Below the pieces are notes generated by a model. It saw only the letters and a program-made list of their open reading frames with translations. It had not been told where the DNA came from and searched no databases. A stretch of 64,000 nt of DNA. Source: Azolla caroliniana (lineage: Eukaryota; Plantae; Polypodiophyta). Where the stretch lies: assembly GCA_043228905.1 (NCBI GenBank), contig JBHGNT010000008.1:21204001-21268000 (forward strand), in the 5' to 3' direction. The position numbers were made by a program, and so were the translations under genes. Of the stretch, positions 1 to 14,006 are shown piece after piece (within the stretch, counting starts at the first letter, position 1; each line of letters starts with the position of its first letter).

Positions 1-65
1 TTGTTCGAGTTCGACTCTTTGTCAAGTCTTTGAGTCAGCCCGGTCAGTCGGTCCTTCTACGACAA

Positions 66-830
66 TGTTACCGATACGGAACACTGTCTATCTTCAGTCC
101 TTCGAGATAGACCTCAAGGTGATTGCGTGACAAGGTATGTCGTTACATGAGGCCTGAGTCGTACTCCGTTGGTTGTGTAATAATGCGTATCTATGGGTGA
201 AGGTTCACGGCTACGACTGAGAACCTAAGTGCACTACTACGCTGCCTCTTACCCTACGCTTTCAAAAACGCACTTACGAATAGTATAGAGATTACACAAG
301 ACAACACAGGTTGCACAGACACAGAAAATCAGAGAAGATAAGATCCTATTAGAAAAGAAAGAACCTCGCGCTTAAAAATTATACGCTACCTCTTACAGAG
401 GATTTCTTCCCTTTATATACACAGGGCGTTTAGCCATTCACGCTTCTCGCATGAACCGTCACATTTCTTTTCTTAACGCTTCTAATCTAATTACGCATTT
501 TGTCCAACGGTTACAATTCCGGCGGACAACAGACAGCTCTGTCGTCTTCGAAGGGTACCTTTTTACCGACTATTTTCTGTTGGTTCCACTGAGAGAAGAT
601 AGAGTCTTCATTGAAGACTACGTCACTGCTCTGGATTAGTTTCTTGTTCTCAGGGTCCCATATCCGGTAGCCGAAGTCCCCATCAATTCCATACCCGAGA
701 AATATGCACTTTGTTCCATGGGGCGATAACTTGGTCCTTTTCTCCCTAGGGATGAGCGTGTACGCTTCACATCCGAATATATGGAGCCTATCATAGGTCG
801 GTTGTTTGCCAGACCATAGTGCCTATGGCA
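66..830 (-). mobile_element. LTR (solo or orphan), related to the LTR at 59214-59692
   Basis: On the - strand it begins TGCCATAGGCAC and ends TCGGTAACA. The reverse complements of 361-474 and 66-135 align with 59315-59418 and 59625-59692 (shared GTATATAAAGGG, CCTCTG..AGAGGTAGC and GAGGTCTA blocks). No TSD match was found (GACAA vs CTTCA). Confidence 0.7.
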
Positions 831-3198
831 CTTCAAGCCTGATTGCTTTCGACGGAGAAAGATTTACCATGTATACTACCATCTGCAATGCCTCGGCCCA
901 GAACTCCAGCTTTAGTCCGGTTTGCTGGAGCATTGTCGTCACCCTCTCTTGGATCATTTGGTTGATCCATTCTGCCACTCCATTCTACATGGGTGTATAA
1001 GGAACGATATTTTGATGTTGGATCCCTTTGTTGGACAGGTACTGTTTGAAGGCTCTGGAGGTATATTCTCCTCCGTTGTCAGATCGGAGTGTCTTCACTC
1101 TGTGTCCCGATTGGTTCTCCGCTTCAGATATCCACCGAGTGAAGACCTCGCGCACTTCATCTTTGAACCTAATTGAGTAGGCCCAAACCTTCCATGTACA
1201 GTCATCTACAAATGTGATGAAGCATCGGGAGCCTCTTAGTGATCGCTCTGGCATGGGCCCACATATATCTGTGTACACGACGAGCTCTAGGGGCTGTCGT
1301 ACCGTCTCATAGTGGAGAGAGTGCGGACTTTGAGTCTGTTTCCCTTATCGACAATGCTCGTAGAAGTCCGTCTTTGCTTGGAGTTTAGGGATGTAGTCGA
1401 CCGACATCAGCCAATCGAGTCTGACTTGAGACATATGGACGAGTCGGCCATGCCATAAGTTTAGGTCGGTCTTTTCAACTACGTTCACGGCCCCGTCTAG
1501 ATTTATTGCCATAATTGGGTACAAGTTATTGTACTTGTGCCTGCTTCCAATTTTCAGATTTCCACGGATGATCATCCATGTTGACTCACTTAGAGTCGTT
1601 TTGTACCCGTCTTCGGTTAGCATGCCGATGGAGGCCAGACTCCTTTTTCAGATCAGGTACATGTTGGACTTAGTGTAGGGTGATCATGTTTCCATTGGGC
1701 AATCGGATGGGAACCTCTCCAGTTCCTGCGATTCTGCACTCTTGTCCGTTGCCTAGTCGGACGGTGCAAATGGCGTCGGTTGAATAGTTCAAAAATCATT
1801 CAATACTAGGGGTCATGTGGAATGTGGCACCAGAATACAGTAGCCACGTGTGTGCATCCTATGCATTGTAGAGGACTTCTCCGATCATCGTGTCTTCTAA
1901 GGAAAGGATTTCTCCTGATCGGGTGTCAGAAACATTGATTTGGTTGCTAATAGGAGAGTGGTCTGAGTCGGGTCATCCTTGATTCCACTCAAATCGCCGA
2001 CCACTCTCTTTCCTCTTGATCAACTAGCAATCGGAAACACTATGACCAGCTTTTTTGCAATGTGTACAGAATTCGCCTGATCAACCCGTTCTCGACTTCG
2101 ACCGTTGTCGGTCTCCCCTCGTTTTCGATCAACTATGGTGTCAACCGGCTCTACCGGCTTGTTCTCTTGATCAACTAAATCTATCGATCGGCTCGGTCGA
2201 GTGGTGGGCTTCTACGAACTTGTCAATGGTGAGTCTCATCGATTTTCGCCAAATGTCCTCGGTAAGGACTTGGTCGATCATCTCATCCAGTTTTAGGATT
2301 GGTCTGCTATTGGCGTATGTCATGCATAATACCTCCCAAGTCACCGACAAGCTCGATAAGAGGGCAGGGGCTTTCACTTCTTCTTCAAAGTTGATCCCTT
2401 ATGAGGAGAGTTTTGACAACACCCAGATGAAGGTGTTGATGTGGGAGGTAGCCGGATCGATCTCTCTCATCTTCATGTTGAACAGTTGTTTGATCAAAAT
2501 CAGTTTTGAATATGAGGACTTTTTCTCGTACACAGCTTGTAGCTTCTCTCACAACGAGAACAATGTCGTCTCTTTTGTCATACTAAAGTAGACATTTCGG
2601 CCAGGTGCATTCAAATGGTGGAGCGAGTGATTTCCTCCATAGATCTCTATTCTTCAGTTGTCATTGAGGCAAGCTTTTCGTTGTGTCGAATAGCTTCAAC
2701 CTGTCTTCGAATCATCAATATGTCCTGCATCATCTCCTTCCATAGGGTAAAATTTTTGCCGTCGAATTTTCATATTTCAACTCTTGTTCCGGATTTTGAA
2801 GCCATGTTCTTCTTCGAAAGTGAGATTTTTATTGACCTAGTCTTTTTCCTTTCATCTTTTCTGTTGTTTGTTGTCATCAAGCAACAAGTCGCTCTGATAA
2901 TAGTTGTAGATCGGATATGCGTGCGGAAATGTATGTGAGGACCTATCGATTAAGCTCAAAATACAACACAATAAGAATGGCAAGAGTATAGACAATAGAT
3001 ATGCACAATCGAAGCTTTAATGGAAGCTCTATTATTGCATTCGTTCTCTCTCTCTCTCTCTCTCTGACTCGATGTACAAGATGATCAAGAGTTTGTTTCT
3101 TTACAATGTTAGGTTATTGCTTATATACTAAGCCCTAACTCTTTGGGTGAGTTCACACTAGGATACAAGGTGGAAGGAGTCGGCCTTTTATGCCAACA
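831..3198 (-). mobile_element. Ty1/copia LTR retrotransposon (Tnt1/Tork-like), 5' part: LTR, gag, protease, integrase; degenerate
   Basis: LTR about 2905-3198 (TGTAGA...CCAACA) and a degenerate iMet PBS at 2891-2902. Gag region with FDGKNFTLWKE, protease remnant SGATFHMT, GAG-pre-integrase LWHGRL.HMS, and integrase TDICGP/TFVDD/LRSDNGGEY. Many stops and frameshifts. Confidence 0.9.
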
Positions 3199-6100
3199 AT
3201 CTATCTTGTTTTCTTGATTGTTGTAGGTCTATTTTATTCTTCATTCTTAAATATGCAACATAATATCTCTTGTTGTTCTTTTGCATATTACTTGCATATT
3301 TTCAAGTATTTTACTTGTTTTCTTAAATTAGGTTCATGTCACCTATATGTGGAGTACTTTGTCATTTCAATGACTTATTCCTCAATATTAATAAAATAGC
3401 CATGATGCATGTCCAATTATGATGTAGGAAATTAATATCAAAATGGTGGAAGTCTTGAGAACATCATATAAGGGTTTGGTTTGCAAGCACAAACTACTTA
3501 AGTAGTTGTAACACTAAAACTAAGAACAATAATAAATAGGTACATGTAAAATATGTGCACGAGGAGGGGCAAAGATACGAGTATTGAGGGTACAATGAAT
3601 GTATCTTGTAAAGCATCTTAGAGGTATCTAATGTACCCATATCCTAAAAAGATATCTTATATGGCATCCATCAATTAAACATGATCTAATACGATGAAAA
3701 AGGCATAAGACTAGTCCTCGAGGGTGTTTTTGTAGTGATCAAGTCCAAAAGTTGGAGGAAGACTATCAAGGAAGTTTTCAACATGAGAACTACAATGAAA
3801 CTATATGCTTTCAAGGGAGATCTCGTATCAAAAGCATCAATATTTATTGGCAATATATTTGTGGAACTTGCATCTACCGTAAAAGAGTGGGGAAAGCAAA
3901 ATGTAAATATTCATCCTTGGAATGTGGAGATAGAAGAAAACAGTTATGAACCTTGGAAAAAGAGATGTCAAAAGAGTACATATTAGAATTATGCTCGCCA
4001 AAAGAGATTCGCTTTGAGTATTGAGATAAAAAAAGAGTCAATCATTTCTCTACATTTAGTTGGTGAAGCGGAGAATTATGAAAATGCATTGGATGATTGG
4101 GATGTCAAACAAACTTGCAATGACAAAATTGCTTTGTTAATGATAGGCACATGAATGACAAAAGCAACATTGAATGAAAGAAAAACGACCCCATATTGAA
4201 GTGAAGTGTGAAGCCTTCACTTATGACACTGACAAGGAAAATACTCTTGAAAAGTAAGGTGTCAATGAACTTGGCTTATTTCTACGTCTCTAATTATTTC
4301 TACATCTCTTTTTGGTTGCTTTTTGACCACTCACCAATTATGAGCGTGACATTTGCATCATCTCAAGGAAAGATAAAGAAGTTTTACCAAAAGATAGCAA
4401 GTCGATATGGAGAGGATGTATATGATTCATGTTGCTCCAATGGTGTGAATAATCATGTTTATTTAAGGATATAAGTTCTTCTACATCAAGTGTGGACCGT
4501 GCGACCCCAATTATTTACTTTCGATATTATTAGCGGAATTTGAGCCACTCTCTTGTTCATCTAAGGATGATAATTATATTAGTTATTATCAATCTTTAGT
4601 TACACAAAGTAGGTGTGGTTTGTTTTCAGCATCTAGATGATTAGTCACTACCACCTCATTGTCACAATGTCCTCAATCATCTCATCTATGAAAAAACCCT
4701 AAATTTGATGAAAATAAAGGATGGTTTAGAAGAAAAGCATCCATATTTTCTTACATAAGGGGCTTTATGGATAAAACAAAATGGAAAGTTTAGCGTTAGA
4801 TAATATGATTTTTAAAGAAGACTTGAAGATAAGAGAAGTTCTAGGAAATTTGGGAAGATTGTTATTGGTCAAAACAAGTAGAAGACATTAATCATTCCAT
4901 CGATATTTATGGGCTCGTGATGAGGTCATAATTTTGGGGAAATGATAACTTGGATCAAACTTCCACCATGCTCATCTAGGCTCATCTAGATCAAGTGTGA
5001 CCATTTATTGTTAGCTTAGAATACACTATAACCCGTAATAAGTTTGTAATTGTACTTAGGCTTCCTCTACATTCACTTAAACCTAGGCTAGTCTGTGTGC
5101 ACATATAGATATATTTGAACAAGCTTGCTTGCATTTCTAGTTGAAGAAATATAGTGAGTATTTATTTTTAATTTAATCTTCAAAAATATTTCTCCAAACA
5201 ACTTTTATCTAGAAAAAAGTAATCATGTGTCATTTTTGTAAAAGTTTGTAGAAGTCATATATCTTTTGGTAGTAAACTTGAGTCACCATACTCAAACAAA
5301 CAAAAACACTACAATACACAATCACATATAGTCATGTACACCAACAACATATTCACATTTATGTACATTGAGGTCAAGTCAAACAAACAATAATACTACC
5401 TTACCAACTACTAGATTATCTTGAGATCCTCCCCCCAAAGTGTATGACAAAAACTCAACATCTAGCAAAAGAGTTTTTGCCATTTCAAGATAACGACTAA
5501 CTATTTTGAGTTCATCTATTAAAATTAAGGTTATGTCTATTAATCTAAACTAGGCACACCTCTAATTTAAACTCCTAGTATTAGTTGTTGGTACAATATA
5601 ATACACGTTATTTTAAGGGAAACGGAGCTCGATTTTGCTTAAAAGTAAATACTTTAGTTAAAATGCTTAGAGGTAACTACGGAGCTCTATTTTGGGATAC
5701 AAATGTTATTTTAATGTATTGAACCGTTATTCATACATTGTTATACCAAAGGTCTATTTATTTAGTGAGATCATATAAATTTATCAGCATCTCCAATTGA
5801 CATAATTGATATTGAAAAGATAGAAAACACCCCTATTGAGATTGGAAATCATGTTTTCTCCATCTTAACTTATAACTCGGTCTCTTAGGCCTAAGAAATC
5901 TAGATTTGTGAGGTTATTGCTAAACTACCTTTTGACTCATAAGGGTAGTTTTGATATCACCCTAAAGACCATGGGCAATGGGAACATAAATATTTTCACT
6001 TTTTAGCCAAGTTCCATTTCTCTTATTATTAATAATTTTTATGACATTACTCACTCATATTCAATAAGATCAATGAATAGTTTATGTCGAAGGTTTTTTA

Positions 6101-6859
6101 CAAGTTGTTGTCTCTATTCCCTTTTCCATCTATGTCCTACCCCAATGACCAAATTATTTATTGGAAGAGTTAGCACTAGAAAAAAGAAGGTGAATCTATT
6201 GTTTTACCTCATTTCGAACATGCAATATTCTTAAATGAAGCACCAAGTTGCACTTCATAGAGATTCAAATATGTCAAATAAAGTTACTGCCATTAAAGAA
6301 AATATGAAGATATTGTTGGGTAGAATGACGTCTCATTTGTTAAGAGAAGGATCTTGCAAAAGAGCCGACATTGTGGAGAAGCGTGTTTGTAGTGTTTGTC
6401 CCTAGGCAACATCGAACTTCACATAAAGAATCACAAGTTGATGCAAATATGCCATAAGTTTTGTGGTTGTTTACTCAGAAGTGTGCTCTAATAATTGTTG
6501 TAGTAATAATTAGCAATATATCATATGTAGTTTATGTCAACACATATATAGAGCTCTATAAGAAGATAGTGATGGGTGTTGTATACACGAGAACAAACGA
6601 CTTAAGTATATTGTTTTTTTATTTAATGAATCATTTGATTGCAATGATGGAACTAAATATCAATGTCGTACTCAAGGGGAAATCTACGCCTACAATGCCA
6701 TTTTCAAGGGTTGACATTTCAAAAGAGAGTCCAAACATATGCTCTCTGTCTAGCATTGTAAATTAAATGTTCCTCTTGTTGTTTTCGGTCTTGTTGCTTG
6801 GTGTTTTAAAAGCAATCCCAAGTTTGATATTTACCATGGTGTTAATCTTTCATTGTTGA

Positions 6860-6861
<2 letters not shown>

Positions 6862-6902
<41 letters not shown>
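6862..6902. repeat. (TC)n microsatellite
   Basis: About 20 perfect TC units. Confidence 0.95.
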
Positions 6903-6905
<3 letters not shown>

Positions 6906-8811
6906 GTGTGCTTCTTTGTTACATTGTGTGTTTGTGCGTATGCATGCATGCAATTTGGTTACACACACTAGAAGAAAAACATGGTGTAGGCCTTTTCATT
7001 AGCAAGAAATATGCACAATGTTCATTGTCATTCCTCATTCTCTTAATGTTGTTTTTGGCACCCTACATGATCACATAAGGTTCCTTGTTGGCATGTTTTA
7101 GTCCTCACTTGTCATCCCTAAGGAATCGATAGCCAATCATATTGTCATTAGCACCTAGTAGTTAGGCATGCAATTTTTCTGGGCACGGTGACTTCGATTC
7201 TGAACTCAAAAGTTACACATATGGTCATTGTATTGACATAGTGCATAAGACATATATCGTTTGCATTATCGTCAATCGGATTTAGTATTGGGCCAAATAA
7301 AGACAATAAAAGCATCTAAATTCTTGCAATATTGAATCTTTGGAGAAACTTGCTACACGTATGCATTTTTTCCTTAAATAAAATTGTTTCTCCTCATTCC
7401 AATGCATGCATACATGGAAGTAGGTTCCAATATACAACTATAAAGGTTATATGGCGACACAACCCTTTTTTATATTGCAAAGTGTTTGTTTAATATAAAC
7501 GTTGTTTTTTGGTATGCTTACATGTTTGTTTTCTTCCCTTCTCGAGGCAAGTGGGTAGGCATTATCTTGTCTTATGTTTGTAACATGCAAAAAATAAGAT
7601 ACTCTAGTTTGCAAAAGGGAGGCTTCCTTAACACTTTGCCCACTTTGAGGAGGTGAAAGTTCCCTATATTTGGTTGCATAAACATTCATTTTGTATTCGC
7701 ATTGCCATTGTTTTGTGGATTTAGAAATTGGCAAACGATTGACATTATTTTGGTTGTGACTACATCGGTCAACCATGGAAACCATCCTCTTATCAAAGTT
7801 TGGCCCAACTTATCCAACTTTGCTCCCAATAGAGACAAAATACCACTAATATCTTAAAAATGGTCTCTCCTTGTTTCGTTATATTTTAATTCACTAATGA
7901 ACCTTGATAGGAAACCACATCCACATGCATTTTTACCCATTATAAACTATCATCTTAGTCTAATGCATGTTATCATCATTTGGTGAACTTGGTTTAGTTG
8001 CTTGTCTAACAATGAACATGGAATTCTTGAACCTTCCATGCCTCTCTAACTCTATTGAATACATTTTTTGTCTCCATTTTTATGGGACTACTTTCTTACA
8101 CATAAAATCAATCTAATTGTTAGAAAAATGAGAAATAATATAGCACCTCATGTAACGAAGTATGGACAAAACATGTGTGAGATGTTTCTAACTTTAGCCA
8201 TGTCAAATCATTACTTTTCTTCAAGTTGGCATCTAAAAGCTAGAAAAGCAAGATTCTATATTAAATAGTTCTAGTCGATTAGACCAACCATAACACATAT
8301 TGGGACTAATATATTATCATATCTAAATAGAGACGACATCAAGACACGGTCTTTACTAACAAATTTCTTCTACATTGTTTATATTTGAGTTTTTGTTTTA
8401 TAGTAGACAATGTACATAACATAAGTCTCCTTGAAAACATTGATTAATAAAATCGTTTTTCTATTTACATACGCATTCAATGAAGCAACTTTGTGAGAAC
8501 TAGCCATCGTTTTTAGTACCTCTGCATCAACAATATTATTGCATATAGTTATAAATTATAATTATCTGATGTCAATGAATGGATTGAATTGTAGCTCTAT
8601 GCTTTGAGCGTGCTACGTAATATTATGATCTCATTAGTACATAGAAAAACAATAAGTTAAAACACACTTGTATTTTGCACAAATAAATCACTTGTAAATA
8701 CGAGGTTTGCGTTGCATGAGACTATAAAACTGGAAATATTTATTAGAAATTTGAGAGAACTTTATATTGGGGGGGATACCATAAAGCATCTAACCTAATA
8801 TTTAGTCCTAG

Positions 8812-9136
8812 AAAAAGAGAAACTTTGGACTTATTTTGGTAAAATTGTTATCTCTACTAAAGGACAAATAATGTGTTGCGTCTTGAGCTTGCAAACCCTA
8901 ATTTGAAGGGTGGAAATATCCATAGTATAATGTTTCTACAATTTGAGGTACATATTTCAATCTCTAATTACTACTACTAGAATTCATGCAAGCTAACAAT
9001 CAACCATAAAAAAAAGAGGAACTTTGGATTTCTTTTGGATCAACTTTGTCTCTACTAGAGTACAAATAAAGTGTTGGATCTTCAATTGGCACTCCTAATG
9101 TAAAAGTGTGGGAACGTCCATAGTATCATGTTTCTA
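8812..9136. repeat. Diverged direct duplication (about 125-bp blocks, about 200 bp apart)
   Basis: AAAGAG.AACTTTGGA...TCTCTACTA...CAAATAA.GTGTTG...TCCATAGTAT.ATGTTTCTA occurs at about 8812-8938 and about 9010-9136. Confidence 0.7.
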
Positions 9137-12100
9137 GACTCTAGACTTTGAGAGGTCAAAAGTCCTGTTTGAAATGTATTCTAATTCCTACCCAATAAAC
9201 AATAATGCGATAAAGCTTCAAGTACTATGCATTAGAAGCCAATCATATACGAAAAAGGGTTCCTGAAACTAAATATCATGATATTGCATGTTAGTGGCCC
9301 TTTTCAGCCATTCCCTTTGTCAATTTAATGTCATCTAGTATACATATACAAGCCAACTATGTGTAAGTGTTTTCTATATCGTCATATTATTACTTATGGA
9401 AAAAAACACAAAATGTGGATAACTTTGATAGTGAACCTATCAAAACACAAACGGAAAAGATTGCAAATCTTGAGAGGGAAAAGAAGGATGCTAATATTGG
9501 TAACCCTTTTTGTTTCTCAAATTTGCTAAATACCCTTAAGTTTTTCAAAACTTTCGAGAATACACTTATTTTTCTAAAGAAGTGCCTCTTCTTCTTTTTA
9601 TAAACTCTGCTTAATTATACCATCATATCATCAAGATTTGTAATCGCTAGTGCTAATGCATTCGTTCCATGTAATGTTGTTTTGAAGCACACTTGCATGC
9701 TTGCTTTGTTGTACAGCTCTAGGGAGAGTGGATTTGCTATAAGGACTTCAAGCTTTGAATGGAAGGCCACAAACATTGAAGAATCCAAAGGCCCTCGGAA
9801 CGTGTTAGCCAATAGTCACCAAAATATTCTTACATAGAAGAATCCAAAGAATATAAGACCGACATGCTAACCAATACTCACCAAAAATCCGTGTCTTCTA
9901 CTAGTTTTAGCATGCCAATAATGATTGGTCTATTTGCTCTAGTGGCAAATCAATTTTGTGCATTTAAAGTTGTTTGACGATATGTGCACCGAGCTTTTAA
10001 TTTCTTGGGACTTAAATGATGACACGTTCACATACAAGCATGGGAGAATCCTAGGTATTGTTGTTATACTATCCAACAAGCTAATATGATCTTCTATAAC
10101 CCCAACCCATACATATCATCTTTTGTTCTTTTGTAGTGGCAAGGGTATATTCAACTTTCCACATTTAAACAAATCAGGACCACATCGCAAAACCACATCA
10201 TATGAAAAAGAATTGCCACTAACCTTCATAATTATCTTATGTGTTGGTCAAACATGTGCGATAATAATCCCTATATGTACAGGATCACACCCGTGTTTTC
10301 TCACTAAATCAATTTAATCCTTGCCCATACGTCTAATAATTCACTTATGAATGACGCAATCCTATGATGGTGATCGACCGCCAATTAAACACCTATCCAC
10401 TAACCAAAATCACAAAAATGTACTGAATTTGGGGATTTCTTGAAGTTGAGTGACATTCTGAGAATTGCTTAAAATTTGAGTAGAATTTTTGGGAATCACT
10501 TATAAAAGTTGAGTGGCATTCCTCACCAACAACTGTGCTAACTATCTTACAAGGAGGCAATCTCATGATGGCAATGCAGACCCCCAAAATGTAGACATTT
10601 TTACCATGGAAGTATCAACTAAACACCAGTGAACTTTAGTATACAATCTCAGAATTGAATGTGCATCTAATGATTCATTATTATGGTCAAAAGATTTAAT
10701 CCCCGTTCCATTGAAACTTATAAAGTTCCATTCGCACGTCCCTTTATATTTTCAATGGCCATTCCACAACATTGGTTTGGTTTATCACGAAGGCTTTTAA
10801 TTAGTTCCTTTCCTAGGAAACGATTTACAATTTAAAGACCCTCTCTTCAGATGGAGTGTTTTCAGAGGACCAAATATTGTTTTTTATAAACACAAACTTT
10901 CATTGCAATTTTTACAATCAAGATGTAAAAGCTCAAAACTCTTGCAATTGAGAAGGAGTTTCTTTTTCAACAAGATCTCTATGCCTAGGCACTTTATGGG
11001 AGTGCTATTTGAATTAAAACCACGAGAAAAAAAGCAATTTTATTCTCTTATGTGCAATTTATAGGGCATACGGTACAATGAGTTGGATTGCTCAAAGATG
11101 GTTGAGAGATTCGAGGAAAGTTGAGTTGTTAAATGAAACTTCTCTTTTTCAACAATGTTTGAGTTAGACTAGTACCCTTCTAACAACATGTGTTTTAGGA
11201 AAACAATTTTGTTGGCCTAACCTGTTGCTATAACTCAAACACATCCACCCCAACCTCCAAGGCTCCCCGATCTAAAAGTTTCATGTCAAGGTGTTGTGTT
11301 ACATGAAACTTCAAGTATCACATCTTCTTCCGAGTAAACATGATGTTCAAATAGATCTTTTTTACCCTCGTGAGAAAGTGCTTTACAATAAAATGTTCAA
11401 AGGTACATATTATGTTGCGTTCCATGGACAAATATCCATATAGGTTTGAAGACCCTTTTGGTGTATTGACCTCAAGCAATATCCAATTAGAGCTCGACCT
11501 TGGCAGTATTGTAATTGAGGAGATGGATTGAGCTTATGCACACCTACTCTAGTTTACAAACCTTACAATGATTCTTAGTTATAGATTGTACACAAGTGTT
11601 ATGAAATAGGCTTGAACGAAAAAACTTATCTACCCCCAAAACTTGAATTTTGACATGATTTAATAATGTGTTATAGAAGACGGGTTCACATTGCAAACAT
11701 ATCCAACCTAAATCACCTCATAAAGCATGCTGATCATACAAATATCATTCACTTATGGAGTCCTAAAGAGGGGCATGATCACACACACATCATAACGAGT
11801 TGACTTGAGGTTTGTGTTAGAAAACGTTGTAATGAGAGGGCTCAGGCTTTGCATGAGTGAATTGACTTGACTTCATGCCAAACCCGGCGTTCCATTAGAA
11901 TGGAAAGATTCAGTTGGAGATGGGTGCCTAGTGTTGAGACTTTAGGAAGAGTGCCGACAAGCGAGAATAAATGGGGCACAAACATTGTAATTGGAGCGAA
12001 ATAATGTAGAGAGATTTCTTTAAATATTTTGTAATCCTTATCATGTATATATATGTACTGTTTTTACTTAGGCCATGATTCCTTATAGATCATGACAACA

Positions 12101-12330
12101 ATAGAACACTGGGTATATAAGCAAGCAAGCAATATGAGGCATTGAAAGGATTAGGTAATGCTATGAAATTAGGGCATGCAAGCGTTTTAATGGGAGAAGT
12201 TATTTGAGACATGACCCAAACTGTCAAAGGAGGGACAAATGTGTGATTATTGAGTATATGCATAAAAGAATATATATAAGGATGAGAATGAAGACAAACA
12301 AGAAGCCCAAGGAAGGACTTTTTATATGTA

Positions 12331-13989
12331 CTAATATGTGATTTGAACCCAGGATGCCTTTGTGCAAGGGACCCCTCCATTGACCACCCAAAGCATGTAG
12401 TATGCGGGCGGGGCCACCGTGGCACCCGGCGGCCCCGTCACGGCCACATTGTATGTGTTCCCATTGCCGTCCGCTTGGGCCACCGCCTTCACTTCGAGCT
12501 TCAAGAACCTCAAGCCTTGCGAATACGAATGGGTAGTGAATGGGGAGCTTATAAGGCTCACGGCGACAGTCCCAGCTGTAATCCCGCCCCCGTTGTTCAG
12601 TGTCACCTGGACCGTGAAGTCTTTGCCGAACGCTACAGTGTCGGGCGCCCCGGAGATGACCGGCCGGCTGTCCCCCGCGTCCACATAGTCGGGCACATAT
12701 GCCTCCACTCTCAATTCGGTCGGGAAGTCGCCCGTGAACGTGTAGAATTGGTGTGTGTTGCTGCCGGCCACGAGCACTCTCCCGTCGGGAAGAAGGTTGG
12801 CCGTCGAGTGATAGACCCGGGGGATGGTCGTGGCCGCAAGGGTCGTGAAACGGCCGCCGTCTGCAGCATCGGGGTTGTACACGACCGGAGAGAGCACCGC
12901 ATTCTTAGCATTGCCCCATCCCTGGCAGCCATTCTTGGCCCCATTGATGATCAGGACCTCGCCCGTCGGCAAGAAGAGCATGTCGCCCATGGCCCGCTTG
13001 AGGGGCATGGTTTCCATCTCCCATTTCGGGTTGTCGGAAGTGACGGTGATCCGTCCGCACGTCTCGGAAGCTTCCGGAGAGGCCGCGGGGTAGAGGAAGC
13101 AATACGCCTGGGCGCCTCCGCATACGAGGATCTCGACCGACCCGAAGTTGTCGGCGGCCGAGAGGGGGAGCATCACGGAGGAGCCGGCCGAAGGGTAGTT
13201 CCTCGACTCGCCGGGAATGGTCGGGAGCTTCTTCACAACCGTCTGGGTCTGGTAGTTGTACACAATCGAGTCTCGATTCGCGAAGATGTAGAGGTTCCCG
13301 TCGGGGAGGAGGTGGACGAAAGGGTAGTAATTGTCATTCTGATCATCATTGGTCTCCTGGAGGAGGGCGAGGGTGACCTTGTCCTCGCCGGCTTTGGGCG
13401 GGACGAACTCGTAGGTGAAGACCGAGCGGCCGCCGACCACAATCTGTCGGCCATCTGGAAGGAGCTGATTGGATGCATACCATCTCCCATCCTTGAGGGT
13501 CATATCATCCTCCTCCACCCAATCACACTTCCCCGAGGAGGGGCAAGGCGCGAATTTCCGGACCTTGTTGATGCCGTCGCTGTCCCCGCCTGTGTGGACA
13601 AGGGTCCCATCCGCAAAGAATTGGCCCGAGGAGCACCACGTATCGGTGAAGACGAAGAGGGGCCGGACGGACGCGGCCGTGTCGGGGTCATCGGGGGTGA
13701 AGAGGACCGAGTGGGCGGTGCAATCGTGGGTGAGGGTTTGGTCGGCCGGGTTGTCTCGGCACACGCCATTCGGGAGGCTGATTTGGGAGGGCCCAACGTT
13801 GGTCCGGTCGAGGAACACGACATTGCCGTAGTGGGTCACGGCCGTGTGCATCGAGGCAATGCCCGCGTTCTTGAGGAGGAGTTGCCATCTGCCCTCGGTC
13901 GTGAGGCATTCCGAGGGTAGCGCCCAACCGAAGAAGGCCAAGGCCATGACAATGGCCAATGTCTGGAGGAGAACCCACGGTCGCATCAT
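12331..13989 (-). CDS. Secreted copper-radical oxidase, plant glyoxal oxidase / galactose oxidase-like (AA5; Glyoxal_oxid_N + DUF1929), 552 aa, single exon
   Basis: Intact ORF with a hydrophobic N-terminal signal peptide. Family motifs: GIASMH, LDRT, DCTAHS, DTWCSSG (cofactor Cys), RWYASN (cofactor Tyr), YPFVHLLPDG, RNYPSAGSS, RVYHS (Tyr/His Cu ligands), THS (His ligand), APPAYYML. Strong GC3 bias. Confidence 0.95.
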   Translation of the reverse strand: MMRPWVLLQTLAIVMALAFFGWALPSECLTTEGRWQLLLKNAGIASMHTAVTHYGNVVFLDRTNVGPSQISLPNGVCRDNPADQTLTHDCTAHSVLFTPDDPDTAASVRPLFVFTDTWCSSGQFFADGTLVHTGGDSDGINKVRKFAPCPSSGKCDWVEEDDMTLKDGRWYASNQLLPDGRQIVVGGRSVFTYEFVPPKAGEDKVTLALLQETNDDQNDNYYPFVHLLPDGNLYIFANRDSIVYNYQTQTVVKKLPTIPGESRNYPSAGSSVMLPLSAADNFGSVEILVCGGAQAYCFLYPAASPEASETCGRITVTSDNPKWEMETMPLKRAMGDMLFLPTGEVLIINGAKNGCQGWGNAKNAVLSPVVYNPDAADGGRFTTLAATTIPRVYHSTANLLPDGRVLVAGSNTHQFYTFTGDFPTELRVEAYVPDYVDAGDSRPVISGAPDTVAFGKDFTVQVTLNNGGGITAGTVAVSLISSPFTTHSYSQGLRFLKLEVKAVAQADGNGNTYNVAVTGPPGATVAPPAYYMLWVVNGGVPCTKASWVQITY

Positions 13990-14006
13990 GTCGGCCGCCC
14001 CAGCTT

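Noticed and set aside
3700-5050. Possible hAT or other DNA transposase remnants
   Set aside because: Coding-like purine bias, but no diagnostic motif that I can support.
12343-13920. 525-aa antisense ORF and other long ORFs overlapping the oxidase
   Set aside because: These are shadow ORFs expected from high GC3 codon bias. They have no recognisable motifs.
12331-13989. Horizontal transfer or contamination suggested by the GC-rich, intronless gene
   Set aside because: The motifs are typical of the land-plant GLOX family, which is often intronless, and the flanks carry plant-type microsatellites.
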